Positions 26,168 to 34,424 of a stretch of 51,090 bases of DNA are shown piece after piece. This stretch comes from an archaeon (GTDB taxonomy: Archaea; Nanobdellota; Nanobdellia; Pacearchaeales; GW2011-AR1): NCBI GenBank assembly GCA_043817815.1, contig JBDRGM010000040.1, positions 1 through 51,090 of the forward strand, read 5' to 3'. Position 1 is the first letter of the stretch. The number at the start of each line of letters is the position of its first letter. A program made the position numbers and the translations under genes. The notes beneath the pieces are model-generated. The model did not search any database. It saw only the letters and a list, made by a program, of their open reading frames with translations, and was not told where the DNA came from.

Positions 26168-27745
26168 ATGACAGCAGGTAATGACCAAGATATTCCTGAG
26201 ATGAATCTTGACAGAAAATATGCTGATAAAAAATCTGTGGTTCCTGAAAATCCAGAGAAGATTCAAAAAGAAATGGAAGAGACTAAGAAAGAACTTGGGA
26301 AGTTGAAGTCTTTTATAACGAAAAAATATTCTGAAACTATTGCAATAAGTATTTTGCCACCTCAGATTATTAAGAAATTTATTGAGGAGGAAGAAGTTCC
26401 TAAAGAAACTGAAAAGTATATTCATATTTATGTGGTTATTCCTGAAGAGAAAGTTAAGGAAATCCCAAAGATGAAACTTGAAATAATTAAACAGCTTGAT
26501 TTATTGCAGAAGAATTTAAAGCACCCTGAAGGGCATAAACAGAAGATTTGGTTACAGATTAAAACTCCTGTTGATGTTTGGGAGATGTGTCTTGATAGCA
26601 AGTTTGAATTGTTCCAAGCGGTTTCAATGTCTTTTCCACTTTATGATAAGGGTTTTTTAGGTTCATTAAGAGTTGCTGAAATTCATAAATCATTAGTCTT
26701 GCAAAAATTTGAGAAATATGTTGTGAGTTATGTTCTTGTTGGAAGTTTTCAGCGAGGAGATGCGACAAAGACAAGTGATATTGATGTGTTTGTGGTTATT
26801 AATGATACTGATGTAAAAAGGATGCCTCGTCTTGAATTAAAAGAAAGACTTAGAAGTATTATTTATCAGTATGTTGGTGAAGCACAGAATCTTGCGAGGG
26901 TAAAGAATGACTTACATATTCAGACATATCTTTTGACTGAATTTTGGGATGCGGTTAAAGATGCTAGTCCTGTTATTTTTACTTTTATTAGAGACGGGAT
27001 TCCAATTTATGACAGAGGAACATTTATGCCTTGGAAATCTTTATTAAAGATGGGAAAATTAAAACCCTCTCCTGAATCAATTGATATGTTTATGAAAACT
27101 GCAGATAAAACAAAGGAGATGATTGAGAGAAGCTTGGTTGATGCAATGATTGATGTTTATTATGGGGTGTTGACTCCGTCGCAGGCTTTGATTATGTTGA
27201 ATGGTTCACCCCCTCCAACACATAAAGAAACTCCAATATTAATGAATGAGGTTTTTGTTAAAAAAGAAAAAATGTTAAAGAAGAATGAACTTGCTATTCT
27301 TGAGAAATCTGTTAAGTTGTTTAAGGCATATGAACATGATACTAAGTTTAAAATTTCTGGAGCAGAAATAGATAATCTTGTTAAAGAGTCTGGAGAATAT
27401 TTGAAGAGACTTAAGGATTTGAGAGGGCAGATTGAAAAGAGATCTCAGGAAAAAATAATTGAGCAAATTTATCAGGATGTTTTTGATTTGTTAAAGACAA
27501 TTGTTGGGAAAAAAGCTCAAAAGCAAATGATAGAAGATTTTGAAAATGATTTTGTTAAGAAAGGAAAGTTTGCTCCTCAATCTTTGAAAATTTTGAATAA
27601 TGTTGTTAGTGCAAGAGCGCAATTTAAGAAAGGAAAACTTAATGCTCACAAGGTTGATGAGGCTAGAAAAGACGCTGGAATTTTGATTAATGATTTGATT
27701 GAGTATAATCAAAGATGTGATTTGGTTAATGGTGTGAAGGAATAA
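26168..27745 (+). CDS. Pol-beta-type nucleotidyltransferase protein (degenerate + active NTase modules, helical C-terminal region)
   Basis: Active-site-like VGSFQRGDATKTSDIDVFVVIND. An upstream segment (ISILPP...IHIYVVIPEE...PLYDKG) mirrors the active module (VLVGSF...IDVFVVIND...PIYDRG) without the catalytic residues. The C-terminal half aligns by eye with the 30650..31576 protein. Confidence 0.65.
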   Translation: MTAGNDQDIPEMNLDRKYADKKSVVPENPEKIQKEMEETKKELGKLKSFITKKYSETIAISILPPQIIKKFIEEEEVPKETEKYIHIYVVIPEEKVKEIPKMKLEIIKQLDLLQKNLKHPEGHKQKIWLQIKTPVDVWEMCLDSKFELFQAVSMSFPLYDKGFLGSLRVAEIHKSLVLQKFEKYVVSYVLVGSFQRGDATKTSDIDVFVVINDTDVKRMPRLELKERLRSIIYQYVGEAQNLARVKNDLHIQTYLLTEFWDAVKDASPVIFTFIRDGIPIYDRGTFMPWKSLLKMGKLKPSPESIDMFMKTADKTKEMIERSLVDAMIDVYYGVLTPSQALIMLNGSPPPTHKETPILMNEVFVKKEKMLKKNELAILEKSVKLFKAYEHDTKFKISGAEIDNLVKESGEYLKRLKDLRGQIEKRSQEKIIEQIYQDVFDLLKTIVGKKAQKQMIEDFENDFVKKGKFAPQSLKILNNVVSARAQFKKGKLNAHKVDEARKDAGILINDLIEYNQRCDLVNGVKE

Positions 27746-27798
27746 TTGTAAAATGGACTAATCAACAAATTTAAAAACTGTTTTTTTAATTACTTATT

Positions 27799-28068
27799 AT
27801 GACAAAAGGAAAAGTTATTCAATTTAGACGAGGAAGACATACTTTTAAGCCAAGGCATTTTTTGATAGAGGTGGATGGAGTTAAGGATAAGAAAGATGCT
27901 GAGAAGTTTGTTGGTAAAGAAGTTAGTTGGAAAAGTCCTGCTGGGAAGGTTATTAGTGGTAAGATTTCTGCATTGCATGGGAATAAGGGAGTTGTTCGAG
28001 CTATTTTTGAAAAAGGTTTGCCGGGTCAGGCTGTTACGACGGAGGTTGAGGTAAAATCAAATGAGTAA
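27799..28068 (+). CDS. rpl35ae: Ribosomal protein L35Ae (eL33)
   Basis: GKVIQFRRGRHT...GKISALHGNKGVVRAIFEKGLPGQA matches the eL33 pattern. Confidence 0.85.
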   Translation: MTKGKVIQFRRGRHTFKPRHFLIEVDGVKDKKDAEKFVGKEVSWKSPAGKVISGKISALHGNKGVVRAIFEKGLPGQAVTTEVEVKSNE

Positions 28069-28339
28069 GAGAATTATAAAGAAAAAGGAATTGATGAAGA
28101 GTTTATTAGAGGAAACTGTGACGGTTATTTTCCCAAGAAAGACTTTAGAGGATGTCAGATTAATGTTTGGTTATTGGAGTTATGGGATTTTTAATAAGTG
28201 TAAACCAAATGAAGTTCCGAGGGGAATTAGGGTTTTACCAAGATATCTTGCAGGAGGTATCCCTGTTGGATTAAGATATGTTAATAATGAAAAGAGTAGT
28301 TTACAAAATAGGACAATAGTTTTGGAGGAGGTTAAGTAA
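28061..28339 (+). CDS. Hypothetical 92-aa protein embedded in the ribosomal-protein operon
   Basis: Overlaps rpl35ae by 8 nt and ends 1 nt before rpl10e. No family recognised. Confidence 0.5.
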   Translation: MSKRIIKKKELMKSLLEETVTVIFPRKTLEDVRLMFGYWSYGIFNKCKPNEVPRGIRVLPRYLAGGIPVGLRYVNNEKSSLQNRTIVLEEVK

Positions 28340-28340
28340 A

Positions 28341-28880
28341 ATGGCATCATTAAGAAAAGCATCAGCATATTCAAAGAAAATAGTTGTTCCGTATACTCGA
28401 GTTAGTAAGAAGAGACAGAAGTCATATATTAAGACGATTCCGCATCAAAAGATTGTTAAATTTAGTATGGGCAAGATGAGTCTTTTTAACGAAGGTAAGT
28501 TACCTCATCATTTGATTGTTATTTCAGAGGAGAATGTGCAGTTAAGACATAATGCTCTTGAAGCGTGTAGGCAGTATGTTAATAAAAAATTAGATAGGGA
28601 ACTTTCTGGACAGTATCTATTTAAGATTATTCCCTTTCCACATCATATTCAAAGAGAGAATAAAATGATTACTGGTGCTGGAGCAGATAGAATGCAAACA
28701 GGAATGCAGTTGGCTTTTGGAAAAGCTTCGAGCAAGTCTGCTATTTTGAAACCTGGTTCTAAGGTTTTCTTCGTCGCTGTTCCTAATGAGAAGGCAGTTC
28801 AATTTGTGAGGAAAACAATGAGACAGATTAAGTCAAAGCTTCCTGGTAAGATTAAGGTTTTGTATGAGAAGAAAGAGTGA
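28341..28880 (+). CDS. rpl10e: Ribosomal protein L10e (uL16)
   Basis: RHNALEACRQYVNKKL and GAGADRMQTGMQLAFGK are uL16/L10e hallmarks. Confidence 0.9.
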   Translation: MASLRKASAYSKKIVVPYTRVSKKRQKSYIKTIPHQKIVKFSMGKMSLFNEGKLPHHLIVISEENVQLRHNALEACRQYVNKKLDRELSGQYLFKIIPFPHHIQRENKMITGAGADRMQTGMQLAFGKASSKSAILKPGSKVFFVAVPNEKAVQFVRKTMRQIKSKLPGKIKVLYEKKE

Positions 28881-28982
28881 TTAATTGGGAGATATTTTTG
28901 GATAAGAAGAGGTAACTTTGTTACTTTTAATAAATGGTAACAAAATAGAAAAGTTTATAAATGATTTATTTTTTTAGTGGTT

Positions 28983-29927
28983 ATGGGAGCAATAAGTTTT
29001 ACTTTTGGAAAATTAAATTACGTAATCGGAGAAGGATTAAAATTCTTTTTGCCGCATAAATGGTTAAGAGCGCGAGCCCCTTATAATAAGGTTGAAAATA
29101 AATATATTATTTATGGATTAGGGGGGTATGTTTTTGGTGCTTTGAAAAAATTGGGAAATCGTTTCTTGTTTCCTGGATTAAAACCCATTAAAGAATTACC
29201 TGGTGGTTTAGTTGAAAACACTTTTTCAAATATTCCTGCAACAACAAGTGAAGGATTGGATATGAATCTTAAAGGTATTGTTGGTCTTGAAATTCTTGGA
29301 ACAAAAGGTGCAGCAAGATACTATGAAAGTGATGTTAATTTTGGATATATAACAGAACTTATTACAAGACATACTGCTTCAGAAATGGGAAAATATTCTG
29401 AAAGAGGTATAGAAGAAAAAATTCCAAAGATAGGAAAGGAAGTAGTGAAATATTATTCTGAAGGAGAAGGAAAAGAGGAAATTGATAGTTTTGGAGTGAA
29501 ACTACATAGTTTGGCTTTAAATTCTTTATTTGATGAAGATTCGCAAAATAATAGATATGAGAGAGCAGTATTAAATGCTCAAATAGCTAGAGAAGAGGGA
29601 AAAGGTCAGGCTGATAAAATGAGGGAGATTGCTCTAGGAGAATATGATCAGCAGATAATTCAGGCAGAAATTCCCGTAAAAACGTGGGAGATAATTTATG
29701 ATGCTTTAAAAAAATCTAGGGAGGAAAGAGAACTTCCTGTAGATAAGGAATTATTAGATGGACGATCACATGGAATGTATGATGACCAAAGATTATTTGA
29801 ATATTCTCAGAACGGAACAGTTATCGTTGATTCAAAAAAATATGGAAATATAATTCCATTAAATCGCAACCCGTATATTCCTGGACAAAATACTGCACAA
29901 GCAAATTTAGAAGGAATGTTAACTTAA
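28983..29927 (+). CDS. Hypothetical protein
   Basis: 314 aa from the ATG (the track ORF opens at a GTG, 28977). A central charged helical stretch (RAVLNAQIAREEGKGQADKMREIALGEY) is faintly SPFH-tail-like. No confident family. Confidence 0.5.
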   Translation: MGAISFTFGKLNYVIGEGLKFFLPHKWLRARAPYNKVENKYIIYGLGGYVFGALKKLGNRFLFPGLKPIKELPGGLVENTFSNIPATTSEGLDMNLKGIVGLEILGTKGAARYYESDVNFGYITELITRHTASEMGKYSERGIEEKIPKIGKEVVKYYSEGEGKEEIDSFGVKLHSLALNSLFDEDSQNNRYERAVLNAQIAREEGKGQADKMREIALGEYDQQIIQAEIPVKTWEIIYDALKKSREERELPVDKELLDGRSHGMYDDQRLFEYSQNGTVIVDSKKYGNIIPLNRNPYIPGQNTAQANLEGMLT

Positions 29928-29990
29928 AAACTATTAAGTAGTAACAAACAAAAGATTTATAAAGTTTAAACAACTCATAAAATAAAGAAA

Positions 29991-30629
29991 ATGACAGAAA
30001 AAATTTCATTAGAGCAAAGATTGAAAGAGCAAGATAAACTAGCGGAGAATATATTGAAAAGTGCCTTTACTCAAGGAGTTGTTGGAGTTAATGAGTTAAA
30101 AGGAAATCAAGCATTTTATGGCACAGTTGGGGCTGATAATTATTATGGTTCTATTATGGATAGTGGGGAAGTTTCTAAAGTGAGAGAGAGTATTCAAAAA
30201 GAGAAAAATCAAGAAGCAAAACGACTTGGGATTAATGAATCTCCTGTTGTATCAAATTATGATATTATTTTTAAAGGGGTTAAGCAGGCAAGAGAATTTT
30301 CAGCATTACTTCCTTTGGGAAAATTAGAAGAGTTAACAAAAGAGGTAGCAAAAAATTTTAAATTTAATGTTCCTGAAAAATTTAAAGAAGTTAGGATAGA
30401 TATAATGGCGCAAAAAATGGCTGAGGGAGGAGAGATTAGTGAGGAAGAAAAAGATGTTTATAGATGTTATGAAATTCTTAATTTAGCTTATACAAGAGGA
30501 GTAGCTGAAAAAGTTAGAGTCTCAGCAATTTATTCTGATTTAAACAGCGAAGGTGGTAAGATTGAATTTAAGTATAAACCCAAAGAAGAACAAGAAAAAA
30601 TTATAGAAGAGATGAGAAAAGCAGCTTAA
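29991..30629 (+). CDS. Hypothetical protein
   Basis: 212-aa ORF. No family recognised. Confidence 0.5.
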   Translation: MTEKISLEQRLKEQDKLAENILKSAFTQGVVGVNELKGNQAFYGTVGADNYYGSIMDSGEVSKVRESIQKEKNQEAKRLGINESPVVSNYDIIFKGVKQAREFSALLPLGKLEELTKEVAKNFKFNVPEKFKEVRIDIMAQKMAEGGEISEEEKDVYRCYEILNLAYTRGVAEKVRVSAIYSDLNSEGGKIEFKYKPKEEQEKIIEEMRKAA

Positions 30630-30649
30630 ATCTAATTTTTACTTCTTTT

Positions 30650-31576
30650 TCACCCAATAATACTATTAACTAAATTAGCCATTGTGGCTAAGAATTCTTC
30701 TGTTCGTTGTTGCCATGCGTCTATTTCAACGCCTTTGAGGTCGTGGATTTTTCCGTGAGCAATTTCTTTGTGGAGTATGAGAAGGTCTCTGTACCAGATA
30801 ACATATTTCATATCTAGTTTTTTATTGTTTACAAAATTTTCTTTTAATTCAATTGAAATATGTTCTGGCGAAGGAGGTGATATGCCTGTTGCAATTAAAG
30901 CAGCGTGAGCAGAGTCAACCATTGCCCAGTAAAGTCCTTCAATAGCGCTGAGTTCTGCAATTTTACTTCTCATTATATGTCCTGGTGCTCTTTGAAGTGC
31001 AGCGTAAATTGCTTCTGGTGTTGGTCTTATTTTTCCTTTAATTAATAAGAATTTTAGTGGTTCGAAAAATCCTCCAAAGTCAATCATTGATTCTCCGTAT
31101 CTAATAATGTTGATAACAACAGGGTCGCCCCGTATCAAATCTTCCCACCAAGTGCTTAATTTGATTGTATTGATGTGTAGATTTTTTTTGTAGGGGTTTG
31201 CCCTTAGGATTTTATCAAGTTCTTCTCTGTACCAAACAATTAATTTTTGGTCCCACATTATCGAAACATCATCTATTAGAATTATTATATCAATATCAGA
31301 ACCTGTTGTTGAGGATTTTTTTGCTGCAGAACCAAAGAGAACAATTGATTTAACCATCTTATCAAATCTTTGGTAGACGCGCACTGCAAAATCCATTGCA
31401 ATGTCAGACTCTGATTTTAGTTTTAAAGTTGGAATATCTTTTTGCCTGATTTTTTTTACTTTTGGTTTTTTGGGTTTCTTTTTATCTTTGATAATTTTTG
31501 ATTCAATTTTTTTAGAAATATTTTCTCTTGCTTGCTCTTGCGCCTTGATTTTTTTTTCTGTTTTTTTCTTCACCAT
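30650..31576 (-). CDS. Pol-beta-type nucleotidyltransferase protein with helical C-terminal domain and Lys-rich N-terminus
   Basis: LFGSAAKKSSTTGSDIDIIILIDD (GS...DxD). Downstream region is similar to the 26168..27745 protein (PV(V/I)...I(R)(Y/D)G...(I/Y)D.G.F.P...LL..GK(I/L)(R/K)P(T/S)PE(A/S)I). Confidence 0.65.
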   Translation of the reverse strand: MVKKKTEKKIKAQEQARENISKKIESKIIKDKKKPKKPKVKKIRQKDIPTLKLKSESDIAMDFAVRVYQRFDKMVKSIVLFGSAAKKSSTTGSDIDIIILIDDVSIMWDQKLIVWYREELDKILRANPYKKNLHINTIKLSTWWEDLIRGDPVVINIIRYGESMIDFGGFFEPLKFLLIKGKIRPTPEAIYAALQRAPGHIMRSKIAELSAIEGLYWAMVDSAHAALIATGISPPSPEHISIELKENFVNNKKLDMKYVIWYRDLLILHKEIAHGKIHDLKGVEIDAWQQRTEEFLATMANLVNSIIG

Positions 31577-31629
31577 CTTTTATATTAACATTAATGTTTT
31601 TGTATTTTTAAAGTTTGTCTCGTAAAATT

Positions 31630-33408
31630 TTATTCCATGCCTCTTCCACTCATTCTGTTTCCTTGAGCCCCTTGTGCTTGTCCTCCTAATTCTTGGGGTA
31701 GTTGCGAAAATCCTGAACCAAAAGTTTGGTAGTGTGTTTGTGGAAGCATCATTCCATAACCTCCAAAATATCCTTGATATAATCCTGTTGTTTGGCTCCA
31801 GTAAGGTCCTACACCGTCGGTATAAATTGGAGAGCCCATTGCTTCAAGTGTTGCTTGAACTGGAGGTGTTTTAAAATGCTGCCACCAGTGAGCTGCTTCA
31901 ATAATCTTTTTTGCTTCAAAACCTTTTTTGCCTAGCTTGTCCATAATTTCTTTAATTGGAACATTACCCATTCCCATTGGTAATTCTGTGTGTTCAAGTC
32001 CAAAGTTGTCTGACAAGTGAACGTGTTTGACATAAGGTGCAATTTTTTCTGTTTCTTTAATTATATCTTTATCATCAAATCCTTGTTTACGTAACATGTT
32101 GATATGTCCGACATCCCAAGTTGCACCAATTATTTTTTCCGCTTGTTTTTCAGCTTCTTTTGTAGAAAGCTTACCTGATTCAACTGCTTTTTCAACAAAA
32201 TGTTTTCTTGAAGCTTTAACAAGATTTTTTAAATCTTCACCAGTACTCAGAGCAAAACCTACAGGAGGGTTTTCAATGTTTACTAAAGGAGTGTTGTCTT
32301 TGAATTCTTTCCATCCTTCAAAAGCTGCATTACCAAATGTTTTAGCTGATTGTTGTGTTGCGAATTGTTCTACTGGGACATACATTTGTGGAGCAATTTC
32401 TTGTTTTTTTAATCCAGAAATTAGAACTTGCATAGAATCGGACATTTTCATTATATCCCCCCCATTTTCCTTCATTACTTTTGTAAATCTTTCTGAAAGA
32501 TTTTTTAGTTCTTCTCTTTGGTTGTTATCTCCATATTTGTAAGCTTTATTAAATAAAGTAGTAAGTTGTTGATAAGTATCTTCAATGTATGCAGAAGCAT
32601 TTTCTACATGTTTGATAGCTTGCCAGGTAGTGGGAGATTTTTTTATAGTTTCCTCATCAAATCTGAGTTGACCTTTATTATTTATTATTGTATTTATCAT
32701 CGGAGCATTTTTTTGTAATATTTCATCTGCTCGTTCTTTGTTAAATAATATTTGAGAAATTGAATTATCCCATTCTGTCACATTTAATTCTTGTAATCTT
32801 TTTTCAGGAACCATTATTCTTGGTTTGGATAAATCTTCTCCGGCACGATATCTTTCATCTTTTTCTAAAGGAGCCATTTTCCCAGATTCCCTATTCACGA
32901 CAATTAATCGTTTTGCTTGACCTTCAATGCCTTTTGCTTGGTCTGGGATTTTTTCCCATTCTGTTCCTTGGATTCCTTCTGCGGAGTGAAAGTTTACAGG
33001 CACATTTCCTTTTGGGTTTAGTTCGTGGCTCCTCCTAATTGTTTCAATGATTTTTCTTTCAGAAGCTTCTCGATTTAATTCACTGAATCCCTGTTGGTTA
33101 ATTCCTGTTGTGTCAATGACTGGTCCGTGTACAGATGTTTCTGCGCCTACTAATTTTGCCTGCCGTTTTACTTCTTCAAACTGCTGTTTTGGAATTTGGT
33201 CGAGCATGTCTGGTGAGACAAGTTCAATTTCAATATCTTTTACACCAGTTGATAATTTTGTTGAGACCTCTTGGAGAATGTTCCCTACTCTTGGGTCTGT
33301 TGTCAAACCTAGGCTTCCTGCACTAATTCCCCCGATATAATTAGATTTAAAACTGGAGTGTCCTCCTTGATAAAGATCTGCTATTGTGTAATCACCTATT
33401 TTTGCCAT
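31630..33408 (-). CDS. Xylose-isomerase-like TIM-barrel protein with a large internal insertion and a Gly/Gln/Tyr-rich C-terminal tail
   Basis: The C-terminal half has WDVGH...VKHVHLSDNFGLEHTELPMGMGNVPIKEIMDKL, resembling the AP_endonuc_2/xylose-isomerase-like barrel. The N-terminal part (ETSVHGP...VNFHSAEG) could supply the first strands. The tail is YQGYFGGYGMMLPQTHYQTFGSGFSQLPQELGGQAQGAQGNRMSGRG. Confidence 0.55.
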   Translation of the reverse strand: MAKIGDYTIADLYQGGHSSFKSNYIGGISAGSLGLTTDPRVGNILQEVSTKLSTGVKDIEIELVSPDMLDQIPKQQFEEVKRQAKLVGAETSVHGPVIDTTGINQQGFSELNREASERKIIETIRRSHELNPKGNVPVNFHSAEGIQGTEWEKIPDQAKGIEGQAKRLIVVNRESGKMAPLEKDERYRAGEDLSKPRIMVPEKRLQELNVTEWDNSISQILFNKERADEILQKNAPMINTIINNKGQLRFDEETIKKSPTTWQAIKHVENASAYIEDTYQQLTTLFNKAYKYGDNNQREELKNLSERFTKVMKENGGDIMKMSDSMQVLISGLKKQEIAPQMYVPVEQFATQQSAKTFGNAAFEGWKEFKDNTPLVNIENPPVGFALSTGEDLKNLVKASRKHFVEKAVESGKLSTKEAEKQAEKIIGATWDVGHINMLRKQGFDDKDIIKETEKIAPYVKHVHLSDNFGLEHTELPMGMGNVPIKEIMDKLGKKGFEAKKIIEAAHWWQHFKTPPVQATLEAMGSPIYTDGVGPYWSQTTGLYQGYFGGYGMMLPQTHYQTFGSGFSQLPQELGGQAQGAQGNRMSGRGME

Positions 33409-33442
33409 GATTGATTTAAGTAAAATTTATTTATTAATGTTC

Positions 33443-33988
33443 TTATTTAATAAAGTAATCTGATTTTTTTCTTTCTAAATTTATTTTTGGTGTTTTAAAT
33501 GGATCTCCTCTTCCGACTTTTTGCATGTCTATCCTCTCTGCTTCGTATTTTTTTTCTTGCATTTGTGAATCTGGTGTCGCCATATTTGAGTGCATTCTTC
33601 TTGTTTCTTGGAGGGCAGGATTACCAACATCTCTTCCAACTTGTGTGAAATCAACTCTTTCTAAATGAGCAGATTCAGCATAGCTGTTTTCATATTTTGG
33701 TTTATCTTGGTCTCCTGCTTCTCCACTGTATAAGGGTTGATTATCATTCCCTCTTATTTCTCTATTCATTCCTGGGGTAAAAAAGAATTTTGCACCTGAT
33801 TCCTGTTCACTCGCGATGTGTTCTAGGATTGGAGCAGTTGTTCGTGTTGAAATAAATTGGATTGGGATGTCGTCGTCTATTTCAGGAGATTCTTCTTCAA
33901 TGTTCTCGGCTATTTCTTCAAGGTTATCGGATTCTAGTTCCTCTTCTAATTCAGATTCTTCTTCAGTATCTTCCTCTTCTTTTGTCAT
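33443..33988 (-). CDS. Hypothetical protein with poly-acidic N-terminus and internal duplicated motif
   Basis: N-terminal ~45 aa are almost all Glu/Asp/Ser/Leu. Repeated ERVDFTQVGRD and ERIDMQKVGRGD. Confidence 0.5.
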   Translation of the reverse strand: MTKEEEDTEEESELEEELESDNLEEIAENIEEESPEIDDDIPIQFISTRTTAPILEHIASEQESGAKFFFTPGMNREIRGNDNQPLYSGEAGDQDKPKYENSYAESAHLERVDFTQVGRDVGNPALQETRRMHSNMATPDSQMQEKKYEAERIDMQKVGRGDPFKTPKINLERKKSDYFIK

Positions 33989-34424
33989 TGATTATGAAAG
34001 TATAAGAAATATATAAGGGTTTTGTTTATTCAAGGAGATATGGGGGTTGAGTTATTTAGACTAGGAATTATTCTTCGTCAAGTTCATCTGAATTTTCATC
34101 AAACTCTTCATCAATTTTTTCTTTAAGAGTTTTTTTTCTGTATGAATCCATGAATGAATCACCCATAACGATTCCTTTTTCCATAAAAATAAAGGGAAAT
34201 AGATTATATAAATGTAATCAAGATGAAATTATTCTGGATATTTTAACGATAAGGCGAAAAATTTTTAAACCAACTTTTCGTGAACCTCTTATTATGACAA
34301 ATAGAAGTTTGTTTCAATAACTGAAACGCTAGTTACTAGTTACGACTCTAAATGTTATAGCCAAGAAGGGGTGTGTCAGTTGTTCTGCTTAATTTTTAAC
34401 TAAACTATATCATTTATATGAAAA

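Noticed and set aside
26168-31576. Calling the C-terminal helical domains of the NTase proteins catalytic HEPN domains
   Set aside because: I found no clear Rx4-6H motif. RAPGH in the 30650 protein has the wrong spacing, and the 26168 protein has none. Only a HEPN-like helical fold can be hypothesised.
34330-34343. Tandem heptamer TAGTTAC-TAGTTAC upstream of the ABC operon as a stand-alone regulatory feature
   Set aside because: There are only two copies and no dyad symmetry beyond the central ACTAGT. It is noted within the operon finding but is too weak to annotate.
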